Shown here piece by piece: positions 19,096-27,520 of a DNA stretch of 64,000 nt (position 1 is the stretch's first letter; each line of letters opens with the position of its first letter). The stretch covers positions 321,613 to 385,612 of the forward strand of contig DBXW01000005.1 in the NCBI GenBank assembly GCA_002309715.1. The letters are read 5' to 3'. The position numbers and the translations under genes are program-made. Source of the stretch: Candidatus Avelusimicrobium cornigerorum. GTDB taxonomy: Bacteria; Elusimicrobiota; Elusimicrobia; Elusimicrobiales; Elusimicrobiaceae. Under the pieces are notes generated by a model. The model was not told the DNA's origin, searched no databases, and saw only the letters and a program-made list of their open reading frames with translations.

Positions 19096-19881
19096 ATGAT
19101 AACAATGAAAGAACAAGCAGAGCAGTTCCGGAAACTTTTACACTATATGAATATGCCTAAAAAAGCAACCAATAATGGTATTGCAATCCCTTATGAAAAC
19201 TTGGCAAATGCGTGCATAGAGTTCGCACCCGGCGAGTGTTATAGTTTCTTCGGCAGTCAAGATACAAATACATTGTCTTGTTGGAAAACAAACTTACTGT
19301 TGAAATTATTGCAAAATGGGGTATCTGTCTGCGTGTTGGAAGGCGGCGATACTTTCCGGCACGATTTTGCAGAACTGGCTTGTTTGCAAGCCAAAATTGA
19401 TCCGGATATGATGTTGAGCGGACAGGGGGATGTGGAAGATTTTCAAGCGTTTACGCTTGGCCTTAAAGAAATCGCCCTATTCCCTATGGTATGGACGACG
19501 GATGAGGAAATTCCGTCAAACTTGAAAGGGCCAATGATTTGCGTAAAAAATATGACATTAGATGAGTGGCACGAGAACGCTGAAACGTTGTGGGTACAAG
19601 CCAGAGAGCGCAATGTGGTGCTATTTTTATTTGTAACTATACCACATTATGTGCCACTTAAATTTGATAGTTTATATCATCCGCATAAAATTATTGTGCC
19701 GGAAAATTTATCTTCCTATGTAGGGATGGTAAAAATGGAGCAAAGTGCCGGTTCCCCGTTAGAAAAGCAGCGGATGCAATTAGCACTTACTATCAAACAA
19801 ACAGAATCTTTTACGGTAGAGCATTTGTATTTTGATATTGACTCGCATTCCCGAGAGATTAGTGTGGCTTCACACATATAG
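19096..19881 (+). CDS. Degenerate DnaB/RecA-fold protein lacking a Walker A motif
   Basis: FAPGECYSF..GVSVCVLE..LACLQAKID..LSGQ..EDF follows the DnaB helicase pattern, but has no GKT. Confidence 0.5.
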   Translation: MITMKEQAEQFRKLLHYMNMPKKATNNGIAIPYENLANACIEFAPGECYSFFGSQDTNTLSCWKTNLLLKLLQNGVSVCVLEGGDTFRHDFAELACLQAKIDPDMMLSGQGDVEDFQAFTLGLKEIALFPMVWTTDEEIPSNLKGPMICVKNMTLDEWHENAETLWVQARERNVVLFLFVTIPHYVPLKFDSLYHPHKIIVPENLSSYVGMVKMEQSAGSPLEKQRMQLALTIKQTESFTVEHLYFDIDSHSREISVASHI

Positions 19882-19897
19882 CCATGGGAAGACTATT

Positions 19898-20569
19898 ATG
19901 AACAAATATCAAATGATCCGCAAGTGGAAACGCAGTAAAGAAGACGAAGATGTACAATTAGAGGCACTTTTTGACGCGTTGTATGCGCTTAAAAAGGTGA
20001 CAGAGGATGATTTATTTATTGAGTTGCACCTTAAGCGGCTTAGAGATAGAGGATATATTTATCCCAAGAGGGAAGCCGTGCGGCACTTTATGTGTTATCA
20101 ATTCGCCTACGAAGCAGAGCCATTTTTGGATAAAATGAACTGTTATCATCATAGCCCGATTGATTTGGCTAATCAAATTTATGAACGTATTTCCAAAGCC
20201 ATTGAACACGAAGATGAGGGCGTAGCATTTTATACATGTACGGGGGCTCCTGCTGTGATGGGCACGATCGTGTGCATGGGCAAAATGCAAGACGGAAAGT
20301 ATATCACTAATCCAACCGAAGGTGCGCCGCGCCAATTGGTGGACAAACTAACTCCCAACGATATTTTGATGTTTTTAACTAAATACGGCAAATGGCTCAA
20401 GGATCCGCTTCTGATGTTTGGCGTGTGGCGAACGTACGCTAAAAACAAGTATGGACCGTGGCTTATGTGCTTATGCCACCATTTGGGCACGGGCCGGCGT
20501 GAAGATTATTACGAGTATGCCTTTGATGCCGGATTAGATGCTATTGACTATATTGGCACGGAATTTTAA
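19898..20569 (+). CDS. Hypothetical protein
   Basis: 223-aa ORF continuing the operon. Confidence 0.7.
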   Translation: MNKYQMIRKWKRSKEDEDVQLEALFDALYALKKVTEDDLFIELHLKRLRDRGYIYPKREAVRHFMCYQFAYEAEPFLDKMNCYHHSPIDLANQIYERISKAIEHEDEGVAFYTCTGAPAVMGTIVCMGKMQDGKYITNPTEGAPRQLVDKLTPNDILMFLTKYGKWLKDPLLMFGVWRTYAKNKYGPWLMCLCHHLGTGRREDYYEYAFDAGLDAIDYIGTEF

Positions 20570-20578
20570 GTGTCAGTT

Positions 20579-20753
20579 TGGATCCTGCGAATTTGGTGGT
20601 TAGAGAAAAAGGCCCGAAATGGGCCTTTTTGGCGCCCATCTAAAAGCACTCTATGACCTAAACGGATAAAAACTGCGTAATTTTCCCGACGTGAGTGGGG
20701 AAAACTAGCCAACAAAAAAGGCACCTCCTACAAGATGCCTTTTCAAATGGTGG
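20579..20753. repeat. 175-bp island-end element, copy A, ending in a tRNA-like 3' end (TGGTGG)
   Basis: Same length as 42121-42295 and aligns with it throughout; weaker match to 43562-43735. Confidence 0.85.
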
Positions 20754-20810
20754 GGCAGAAATTTTTGATGGGGTGCGGGTTCTTAGAACGCAGAGTGGTA
20801 ATGCGCAATT

Positions 20811-20966
20811 CCCTGTTTAACAGGCAATTAACAGGCAAAAAACAGGCATTAGCCGGTTTATCCTTTGGATTCCGGAGCCATGCTGATATATGTGCCTTCG
20901 TCTTAGAAATAGTTGCTGAAATATCCGCCAATTCCCTACGCAGAGAAACAGGGAAGGATCAGGGAA
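20811..20966. repeat. 11-bp-period AACAGG repeats
   Basis: TTAACAGGCAA x2 plus AAAACAGGCAT (20817-20849); ACAGGGAA and TCAGGGAA at 20948 and 20959. Confidence 0.7.
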
Positions 20967-20996
20967 ATTACAAAAACAAAGCAAGGAAAAGTTGCT

Positions 20997-22136
20997 CTAT
21001 TGAACTTCCCTTTTCCAATGATCATAAATCGTTTTAATCGCTTGTGTTGATTTATAATCTAATTCATCATTTTTGGTCCAATCACTAGAAATTTTTCTAG
21101 CAGAAATAACTTTTTTCATTTCTTCCACAATTAACTTAGATTTTTTTTCTAAATAACTATGGAATCGAGCCCGTTCTTCGTCAGAACGGAAAATGATAAT
21201 ACGCTGATTTATTGGTTTGGTAAAACATTCTAATGAGCGGCTTATGGATTGAGTTTGAATAAATTTATTAAATAACCATAATAACGAGTTTTGCACGACA
21301 TAAAAATATGTGAACCATTTTTGTTTGTTACTCGATGGGGCGAATTCTTGATGAGGTACTGCAATATGGATACGACCTCCATCTAAACTGACATGATATT
21401 CTGAGTGAATAATGTGATCGTAAACCTTAAAGTCAGCTCTTTCCCAAGTGGCATCTTTGTCAGGAAAAATTTTAGATAAAAAATTCTTATGGTTGGTTTC
21501 GTATCCTTCTAATGTTAGGGAAAATTCTGGCGCAAATTCATAATAATAACGGCCAGTATATTCATCACTTCTCATCCAGTGCTCCGGTGAAGAGAGATAG
21601 TATTCTAATTTCATTAGGGGAGTTGCATCTATACGAAAACGTTTTTTAAATAAATACTCAACCTTGTCATTATCAGCAGTGGAATCTATAGGTGTGTTGG
21701 AGTCTTGAATCCTTGTATAGATATTCCCTTCGTGAGCGCACTTATTTCCGTCGTTGCATTTTTCGCGGAGAACAAAAGGAGTATTGCGCGAATTTTTTAT
21801 GGTTACCACATGTAGGGTTTTAGTGTTTATTGGGAGAGAATCAACAATTGTCTCAGGGCGGAAGTCCCCTACAAACTTCTTGCTACGTAGGAAGTCATTG
21901 AGTTGTTGCGTGTTCAATGCGTTCTCTGTTGTGGAGAGCCCGACAATTTGCGCGTTATCATTGACGCCAAAAATTAAGTAGGCGTCACGGTTTTCTAAAT
22001 TATTTGATAGACATATAATATCGTGAAGTAATTCGGCTTTGTTATTATGCCACGTTTCTTTGAAATCCCAATAACCGCCTTCTCGTTTTTTTGCTATGAG
22101 TTCAAGTACAATTTGTTTTATGTTTGTGTTGGGCAT
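20997..22136 (-). CDS. AlbA_2 (Schlafen-like) domain protein
   Basis: EGGYWDFKE..LLHDIICLSN..YLIFGVND; IYTRIQDSN. Confidence 0.85.
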   Translation of the reverse strand: MPNTNIKQIVLELIAKKREGGYWDFKETWHNNKAELLHDIICLSNNLENRDAYLIFGVNDNAQIVGLSTTENALNTQQLNDFLRSKKFVGDFRPETIVDSLPINTKTLHVVTIKNSRNTPFVLREKCNDGNKCAHEGNIYTRIQDSNTPIDSTADNDKVEYLFKKRFRIDATPLMKLEYYLSSPEHWMRSDEYTGRYYYEFAPEFSLTLEGYETNHKNFLSKIFPDKDATWERADFKVYDHIIHSEYHVSLDGGRIHIAVPHQEFAPSSNKQKWFTYFYVVQNSLLWLFNKFIQTQSISRSLECFTKPINQRIIIFRSDEERARFHSYLEKKSKLIVEEMKKVISARKISSDWTKNDELDYKSTQAIKTIYDHWKREVQ

Positions 22137-22141
22137 TTAAT

Positions 22142-22978
22142 TTATTTCTTTTTAATCTGTCTCTTCGGTGTAAAGTCCGGCAGGGAACTTTTGGATGTAA
22201 CTACCTTGGTTCCGGTGGCTTCTTCAAATTGTAAACGCGCTTGTTTGGCAAGTTTGCCGCCTTTACGCCCGGCTGCTTTATTTTCTTGCACGCCTTCTGC
22301 TTGGTCTTTCTCCGCAATTTGACGGGTGGATAACTCAGCCAAAGCCGTAAAAAGCAGTTCTGCTTCACTCATATGCTCGCGCAGGTTTTCATGCTCTAAC
22401 CCTTTTAACTTTTTGTGTTGGGCAACGGACAAATCACTCCACTCTTGGTGGATGACGTTTGTGAGCATGGCAAAATCGTCCGATTTGGTAACTCCGTGCG
22501 CTTGCCAGTAATCGGTTAGTTTATTGCGGGTTTCTTGGCCCGTCATGCGCTGTTGTATCCATTGTTTGCTACGGCCTTGCTTTTTCCAAGTTTGGCGCGC
22601 GCGATCCAGGGCCTTTGATGGGTCCGCGGTTTCCTGGATGCGCTCATAGCCCACTTTGGCCAGCCACAATTTAAATGGCTCAGCTTTGGGGCTAGGGATG
22701 GACTGGATAAGGCGTAAAAGCTGTTCCGGGGTGGCTACATCCGTCTTATAAAACTTGCCATCTGCCGCCTGTAATTTCAGTTGACTACAATTTGTAGCCA
22801 ACTGACTTCCCTCGGCTTTTAAACGGGTTTTTAAGACGCTCCAATATTTTCTAGGGTTATTGCTTTGAGTAAGCGCATAAATTACATCCACAATAGAAAA
22901 ATACCACGTTTCTGTCTTTTCGTCATAGTGGCGACGGATTTTAAAATCTTCAAAAATAGCAAGTGCTGATTTAGTCAT
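22142..22978 (-). CDS. Bro-N domain protein (antirepressor-like)
   Basis: IRRHYDE..WYFSIVDV..PRKYWSVLKTRL; QSIPSPKAEPFKLWLA. Confidence 0.88.
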   Translation of the reverse strand: MTKSALAIFEDFKIRRHYDEKTETWYFSIVDVIYALTQSNNPRKYWSVLKTRLKAEGSQLATNCSQLKLQAADGKFYKTDVATPEQLLRLIQSIPSPKAEPFKLWLAKVGYERIQETADPSKALDRARQTWKKQGRSKQWIQQRMTGQETRNKLTDYWQAHGVTKSDDFAMLTNVIHQEWSDLSVAQHKKLKGLEHENLREHMSEAELLFTALAELSTRQIAEKDQAEGVQENKAAGRKGGKLAKQARLQFEEATGTKVVTSKSSLPDFTPKRQIKKK

Positions 22979-22988
22979 ATAATCTCCT

Positions 22989-23573
22989 TTAATTCATTCT
23001 CACAAGTTTGGCTAAAATTTGGACGGACGCGTCTGCCGGGAACGGCTCATATTTGGACTTATTGTCCGATACCAACCGGTAGGCGGGGCCGTTTTCGGTG
23101 TTGTACCGCCCAAGGCGCTTAATTTTGAGCCCGTCTTCGCGGCGGCATAATACCACACTTCCAACAGAGGGCAACTGGCTAGTCTTACGGAACATTAGCA
23201 TATCCCCGTCACTAATAGACGGCTCCATAGAATCGCCCTTGGCCTTAATAAAAAACAAATCCTGCGTAGGGGTGGGCAAAAACTTAGTGGGCATATTCAC
23301 ATAGTCCACAATGTTTTCTTCGGCAAAAATGTCCGTATCCCCGCATTGGGCAAATCCGTAAAAGGGGATGGGGGTAAACTCATCCACGGGCCTGTGCGTG
23401 GCAATTAGCGCGTGCCCGTTACGCTCTAAAAAGTTTTCTTTAATCAGTTTGCGGATATGCACGTGCACGGTGCTGACCGATTTTAAGCCAACCACTTTAG
23501 CCAGTTCTGCCAAAGTGATTTGCGGGTTTTGTTGGACGAGTTCTAAAATTTGTTTTTGTTTTGCCGAAAGCAT
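22989..23573 (-). CDS. LexA-like S24 autopeptidase repressor
   Basis: wHTH; KGDSMEP (Ser) and KIKRL (Lys); FAQCG putative Cys-Gly cleavage site; GGAG RBS before ATG 23573. Confidence 0.88.
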   Translation of the reverse strand: MLSAKQKQILELVQQNPQITLAELAKVVGLKSVSTVHVHIRKLIKENFLERNGHALIATHRPVDEFTPIPFYGFAQCGDTDIFAEENIVDYVNMPTKFLPTPTQDLFFIKAKGDSMEPSISDGDMLMFRKTSQLPSVGSVVLCRREDGLKIKRLGRYNTENGPAYRLVSDNKSKYEPFPADASVQILAKLVRMN

Positions 23574-23621
23574 AGTGTTCTCCAATACAAACAGTATAAC
23601 TTTTTTTACGCGTTTAGTCAA

Positions 23622-23672
23622 TTTCTATTAAAAATAGAAAAAGTTGACATAAAATAGAAAATATGTTTTAAT
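23622..23672 (+). promoter_or_regulatory. Operator palindrome and rightward promoter
   Basis: TTTCTATT-AAA-AATAGAAA (23622-40); TTGACA (23644), 17 bp, TTTAAT; extra AATAGAAA half-site in the spacer. Confidence 0.7.
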
Positions 23673-23769
23673 GTAGCGTGGGTTTTGCCGTTATCGGCAA
23701 AAAATAGACTAACTCTAGAGGGATAAAATTATGACGGAAACAAATAAAACATAACACAAGGAGCAGTAT

Positions 23770-24816
23770 ATGAACGAAAACGAAGTAAAAGAAGTAACCG
23801 CGCAAGCGGAGTCCACCATGCCCAAACAGTACGAAGTAGGGTACGGTAAGCCGCCCAAGAAAACGCAATTCAAGCCAGGCCAAAGCGGTAACCCCAAAGG
23901 CCGCACCAAGGGAAGTAAAAACGGTATCTACACCTATATCCAGCGTGAATTAAACTCGTCCATTACGCTTACGGACGGTTCTAAAATTACCAAAGAACAG
24001 GGTTTTGCAAGACAACTAACCAATAAGGCACTTCGTGGCGATATCCAAAGCCAAAAGCTATTATTTAACATCCACCAAAAAGGGCAACGCAAAGATAAGG
24101 CCGAGCTGTTTATGGGCCGCCTGATTAAAGAGGGGTACGTGACGGAAGAAATGATAGATAATTTCTTGTACCACAATAAAATCATATCATCTGCCAAGCC
24201 GTGCGACCCGATGAAGTGCGATTTGAACTTGAATGCTATGTTTAAGCAGATAGGTGGCCGGAAGGCGTTTGGTACCGCACTTATTCTGTCGGACTTATTA
24301 TGCACGTATGCGTGCCTGTTTATTTTGGAAAACCTTTGGGAAGAAATATCCCAAGATTATTCATATTGGCAAGGTGTAGAGGACGCAACCGCTAACCTTG
24401 CCGAGGAACAAAAGGCAACGCTTTATCAAACATTAGCCGCAAACCGCCCCATAGCGCGAATTACAGATGAAGAGTACGAACAAATCCAAAAAGTAATAGA
24501 ACTGGTGCGCGTTGGGTTTATGCGGCAATTTAAAGAATATATGGACCTAATGGCGGAGAAAAGCGAGTATACCACGGTTGAGTGGGAGTTTAAGCGCGGC
24601 GATATGCTAACCCAAGCGCTAAAAAAGACGCACTTTCAATGGGAAATGAAAGAACTAAACGGCAGTTACGAGCATTTCAAAGGAGTATATCAATCGGCTC
24701 AAACCTTACCGAGTGTCGGCCAATGTGCCAAGTATATTGACGAATTGGGCATTAGCGAAGAAGATGCCATGCAAACAATAAGGGAATTATTGATTCCTTT
24801 GTTTGCCAAACGGTAA
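23770..24816 (+). CDS. DUF5681 domain protein
   Basis: YEVGYGKPPKKTQFKPGQSGNPKGR. Confidence 0.85.
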   Translation: MNENEVKEVTAQAESTMPKQYEVGYGKPPKKTQFKPGQSGNPKGRTKGSKNGIYTYIQRELNSSITLTDGSKITKEQGFARQLTNKALRGDIQSQKLLFNIHQKGQRKDKAELFMGRLIKEGYVTEEMIDNFLYHNKIISSAKPCDPMKCDLNLNAMFKQIGGRKAFGTALILSDLLCTYACLFILENLWEEISQDYSYWQGVEDATANLAEEQKATLYQTLAANRPIARITDEEYEQIQKVIELVRVGFMRQFKEYMDLMAEKSEYTTVEWEFKRGDMLTQALKKTHFQWEMKELNGSYEHFKGVYQSAQTLPSVGQCAKYIDELGISEEDAMQTIRELLIPLFAKR

Positions 24817-24857
24817 AAATTAACAACCCGGCAGCAATATTTACTAGTATCGCCGGG

Positions 24858-25883
24858 TTAACTTAATCCTATTTTTTTTATACTGTCTTCATTGAAACCA
24901 GACTCAAGTATGTGTAAATTTCCATTTTTGTTCTGCAAATCAAACAAATCATACCATCCTTGTTCTATATCCATCATTGGTTTAAGGGTGACGATAAAAA
25001 TCTCACATTCTGGATTTAATTGTGTTTGCAATACAAATCGTGTCGCTACATCTGTGAAGGGAATTGAGTAGCCAATAATATATAATTTGGTCGTTTGAGT
25101 TAAATTGTCTTTAAAAACATGCCATTGAAAATCTAGAAGTTTTGTTTTTAATTCAAAATTTTTAAGCATAGTTGGGGGGACTATTAAACATTGGAGTCCT
25201 TGTCGATATTCTGGTAAAGTATGGCTGGAAACGATTCTAACTCCATTTTGAAAATCCGGATCATATAACCAGTTAATGGAACCATGTAATTTATAAAGTT
25301 TGATGGATTTTCTCCAATAATCTCTAGCATCGTTATTGAAGAAGCTTGTGTTACTGTTATCCATAGTTTTTATGGTATAGATTGGATCAAAATCGTGGTT
25401 AGGATAGTTTAAAGATTGGGCAAGAAGATTTTCCAATACTAAATCATAATTAAAAGTGAATATTTCGGCTCGTTCATTATGTAAGCGTTTGGCAAAATTA
25501 TGAAGCCAAGGAACTTGTAATATGCTCTTTTCTTGATTTTTTCTTTCGAAGATTTTCACTATTAAATCTGTGATATACCGATATAGAATTGCTTTTAGGT
25601 GTTGATCTTTGTAATCTTCATAAGCAAAATCCGAGGATAAGAAAGTCATGATATCTTCGAAATTGGATCGATTTTTATCAGGATCTTGTTCCTCGATTGA
25701 TCGAATGTTTCCAATATTAGGTTGAACAATATATTGATCCCATATGTTTTTAATATCATTATCTGAAACAGACGTTATTCCTTCGGAAATTTCTTTTGTC
25801 AATTCATGAAGTAAAGGCATGCTGTTGCCTGCTATTGCTCGTGAGAAACCTGCTCCTAAAATAAAAATTTCTTTTTCTTCCAT
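24858..25883 (-). CDS. SIR2-like protein, putative NADase effector
   Basis: ILGAGFS, TFNYD, KLHGSINW, IIGYS; AT-rich. Confidence 0.88.
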   Translation of the reverse strand: MEEKEIFILGAGFSRAIAGNSMPLLHELTKEISEGITSVSDNDIKNIWDQYIVQPNIGNIRSIEEQDPDKNRSNFEDIMTFLSSDFAYEDYKDQHLKAILYRYITDLIVKIFERKNQEKSILQVPWLHNFAKRLHNERAEIFTFNYDLVLENLLAQSLNYPNHDFDPIYTIKTMDNSNTSFFNNDARDYWRKSIKLYKLHGSINWLYDPDFQNGVRIVSSHTLPEYRQGLQCLIVPPTMLKNFELKTKLLDFQWHVFKDNLTQTTKLYIIGYSIPFTDVATRFVLQTQLNPECEIFIVTLKPMMDIEQGWYDLFDLQNKNGNLHILESGFNEDSIKKIGLS

Positions 25884-26020
25884 ATTCTATTATTTATCCT
25901 CAAAGGTATATTAAACTGTATTACAGATAGAACATCGTGAAGATATTTATCTTCGTTATAATAGTATAACAAAATGAAATTATCATTGATATCATGAGAG
26001 AAAGATTTTCTTAAATTAGC

Positions 26021-26052
26021 TTGACTTATCGCCCGATAGTAAGCGTGAATGT
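26021..26052 (+). promoter_or_regulatory. Duplicated promoter element, copy 1
   Basis: TTGACTTATC-GCCCG-ATAGTAAGCG-TG-AATGT. Confidence 0.65.
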
Positions 26053-26090
26053 AGTACGAAGTAAAAATCGCTTACTTAAGGAGATAAGTT

Positions 26091-26399
26091 ATGAAGAAAA
26101 ACACTAAAAAATCAGCACCCAAAACTACATCTGCAAAACCCGCAGTTCTGCGCGTGGTAAGTCCTATCATGCAAGCAGAAACTGCGCTTGAAAACTTGCC
26201 GGTCCGGCCACGCGATAATCGCTTGCCTGCGCCGGGTAGCATCATCACTAAAACCTACCGCGGTAAAACCATAGAAGTAAAAGTATTGGAAAATGGCTTT
26301 GAATATGAAGGAAAAGTATTCAAAAGCATCTCGCGCGTGGCGATGACGATCGTTAAACGCCAAATCAGCGGTTATGTGTTCTTTGGACTTACCAAATGA
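26091..26399 (+). CDS. DUF2924 domain protein
   Basis: LPAPGSIITKTYRG..EYEGKVFKSISRVA..SGYVFFGL. Confidence 0.88.
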   Translation: MKKNTKKSAPKTTSAKPAVLRVVSPIMQAETALENLPVRPRDNRLPAPGSIITKTYRGKTIEVKVLENGFEYEGKVFKSISRVAMTIVKRQISGYVFFGLTK

Positions 26400-26599
26400 C
26401 ACCGCGCCAACTGCCACCAGTATCGGGGAGATTTGTAAAGGGCCGCTCGGGTAATCCCCTGGGGCGGCCTCCCCGAAATCTTTGTGAAAGAGATATTGTT
26501 TTGTTAGTCGCTAAATTTTTGGAAACTTTAGCCAAGGCCTATTGTAATCAAAGCCGTTCGGTGGAAAAAATCCGTCAGATTAAAGATATTTTGTCATGA
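26396..26599 (+). CDS. Small DUF5681-like protein
   Basis: RFVKGRSGNPLGRP; 4-bp overlaps with both neighbours. Confidence 0.7.
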   Translation: MTPRQLPPVSGRFVKGRSGNPLGRPPRNLCERDIVLLVAKFLETLAKAYCNQSRSVEKIRQIKDILS

Positions 26600-27036
26600 G
26601 AAGAAAATGCTACTTGCCCAAAAGTTATGAAGAATTAAAAGAATTATCTCCCAAAGAACTGCGGTTTTATTGGAATGTTTTCTATCCCAGTCCTTTGCGA
26701 GGTGTTAAGGCCAAGCTACGCCCTTTGTGGTATGCCATTCAATGTGAATTAGGGCGTTGCAAATTGCAAGAAAAATACATCACGCGGCTTGATCGTTATG
26801 CGAGCAATCCCGACAAGTATATTGAGCATGCGCATAAAAAGCGTTATGCGCTGGCCGTGGGCACGATTCTTACAAAAACTTATAAAGGACGGACGTATCA
26901 GGTGACCGTAAAAGGGGAAAACGCCTACGAGTGGGAAGGGAAAACATATCCCAATTTAACAGCACTAGCGGAGAAAATTGTGCGGGCCCACGTTAGCGGC
27001 CCCAAATTTTTTGGGTTAACGCGTAAAAAACTATGA
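26596..27036 (+). CDS. DUF2924 domain protein
   Basis: GTILTKTYKG..EWEGKTYPNLTALA..SGPKFFGL. Confidence 0.88.
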   Translation: MRRKCYLPKSYEELKELSPKELRFYWNVFYPSPLRGVKAKLRPLWYAIQCELGRCKLQEKYITRLDRYASNPDKYIEHAHKKRYALAVGTILTKTYKGRTYQVTVKGENAYEWEGKTYPNLTALAEKIVRAHVSGPKFFGLTRKKL

Positions 27037-27468
27037 ATTCATTGTCTGATTGTATATTGCAGATATAATATCGCATATATCTTGTATAGACAAAGTGATT
27101 TGAAATGTCCGTTTTTTATTTATGGGATTATAATCAGTAAAAGAGATCTTTTCTATATTTTCTTCTCCAATTATATTATCAAAAAAATGTCCATGGGCAA
27201 CGGAATTTCTTAGATGTTTGAACAAAGCTTCACTTGTTCGTTTAGATATTTTTATTTTTTCTGTTATACGAGGTATTTTTATGTTTTTTAATAACTCTGT
27301 TTCTTTTTCTTGGGGCAATATAATAAGTCCTAAAAAAGAATTTATTATTGCTGTAACTTCCCATGGATATCGAGAAGGATTTCGCTTGTTTTGATCAATA
27401 TAGAGATCTAAATTTTCTTTTGTTCTTTTTATAAAATCTTTTATCCCATCTTGTTTGCTGTATAACAC
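27031..27468 (-). CDS. HEPN family nuclease (pEK499_p136-like)
   Basis: YPWEVTAIINSFLGLIILP; RNSVAH (RxxxxH); GTG start. Confidence 0.8.
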   Translation of the reverse strand: MLYSKQDGIKDFIKRTKENLDLYIDQNKRNPSRYPWEVTAIINSFLGLIILPQEKETELLKNIKIPRITEKIKISKRTSEALFKHLRNSVAHGHFFDNIIGEENIEKISFTDYNPINKKRTFQITLSIQDICDIISAIYNQTMNS

Positions 27469-27500
27469 TTGACTTATCTCCCTATAGTAAGCGGTAATGT
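27469..27500 (+). promoter_or_regulatory. Duplicated promoter element, copy 2
   Basis: TTGACTTATC-TCCCT-ATAGTAAGCG-GT-AATGT; 28/32 identical to copy 1. Confidence 0.65.
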
Positions 27501-27520
27501 GTATAGGAGAATTATACTAA

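Noticed and set aside
20811-20849. CRISPR array
   Set aside because: 11-bp tandem units without spacers. No repeat-spacer array or cas gene was seen in the window.
20735-21037. 100-aa plus and 62-aa minus ORFs at the island end
   Set aside because: They cross the tRNA relic and the AACAGG repeats and have no RBS or motifs; probably non-coding.
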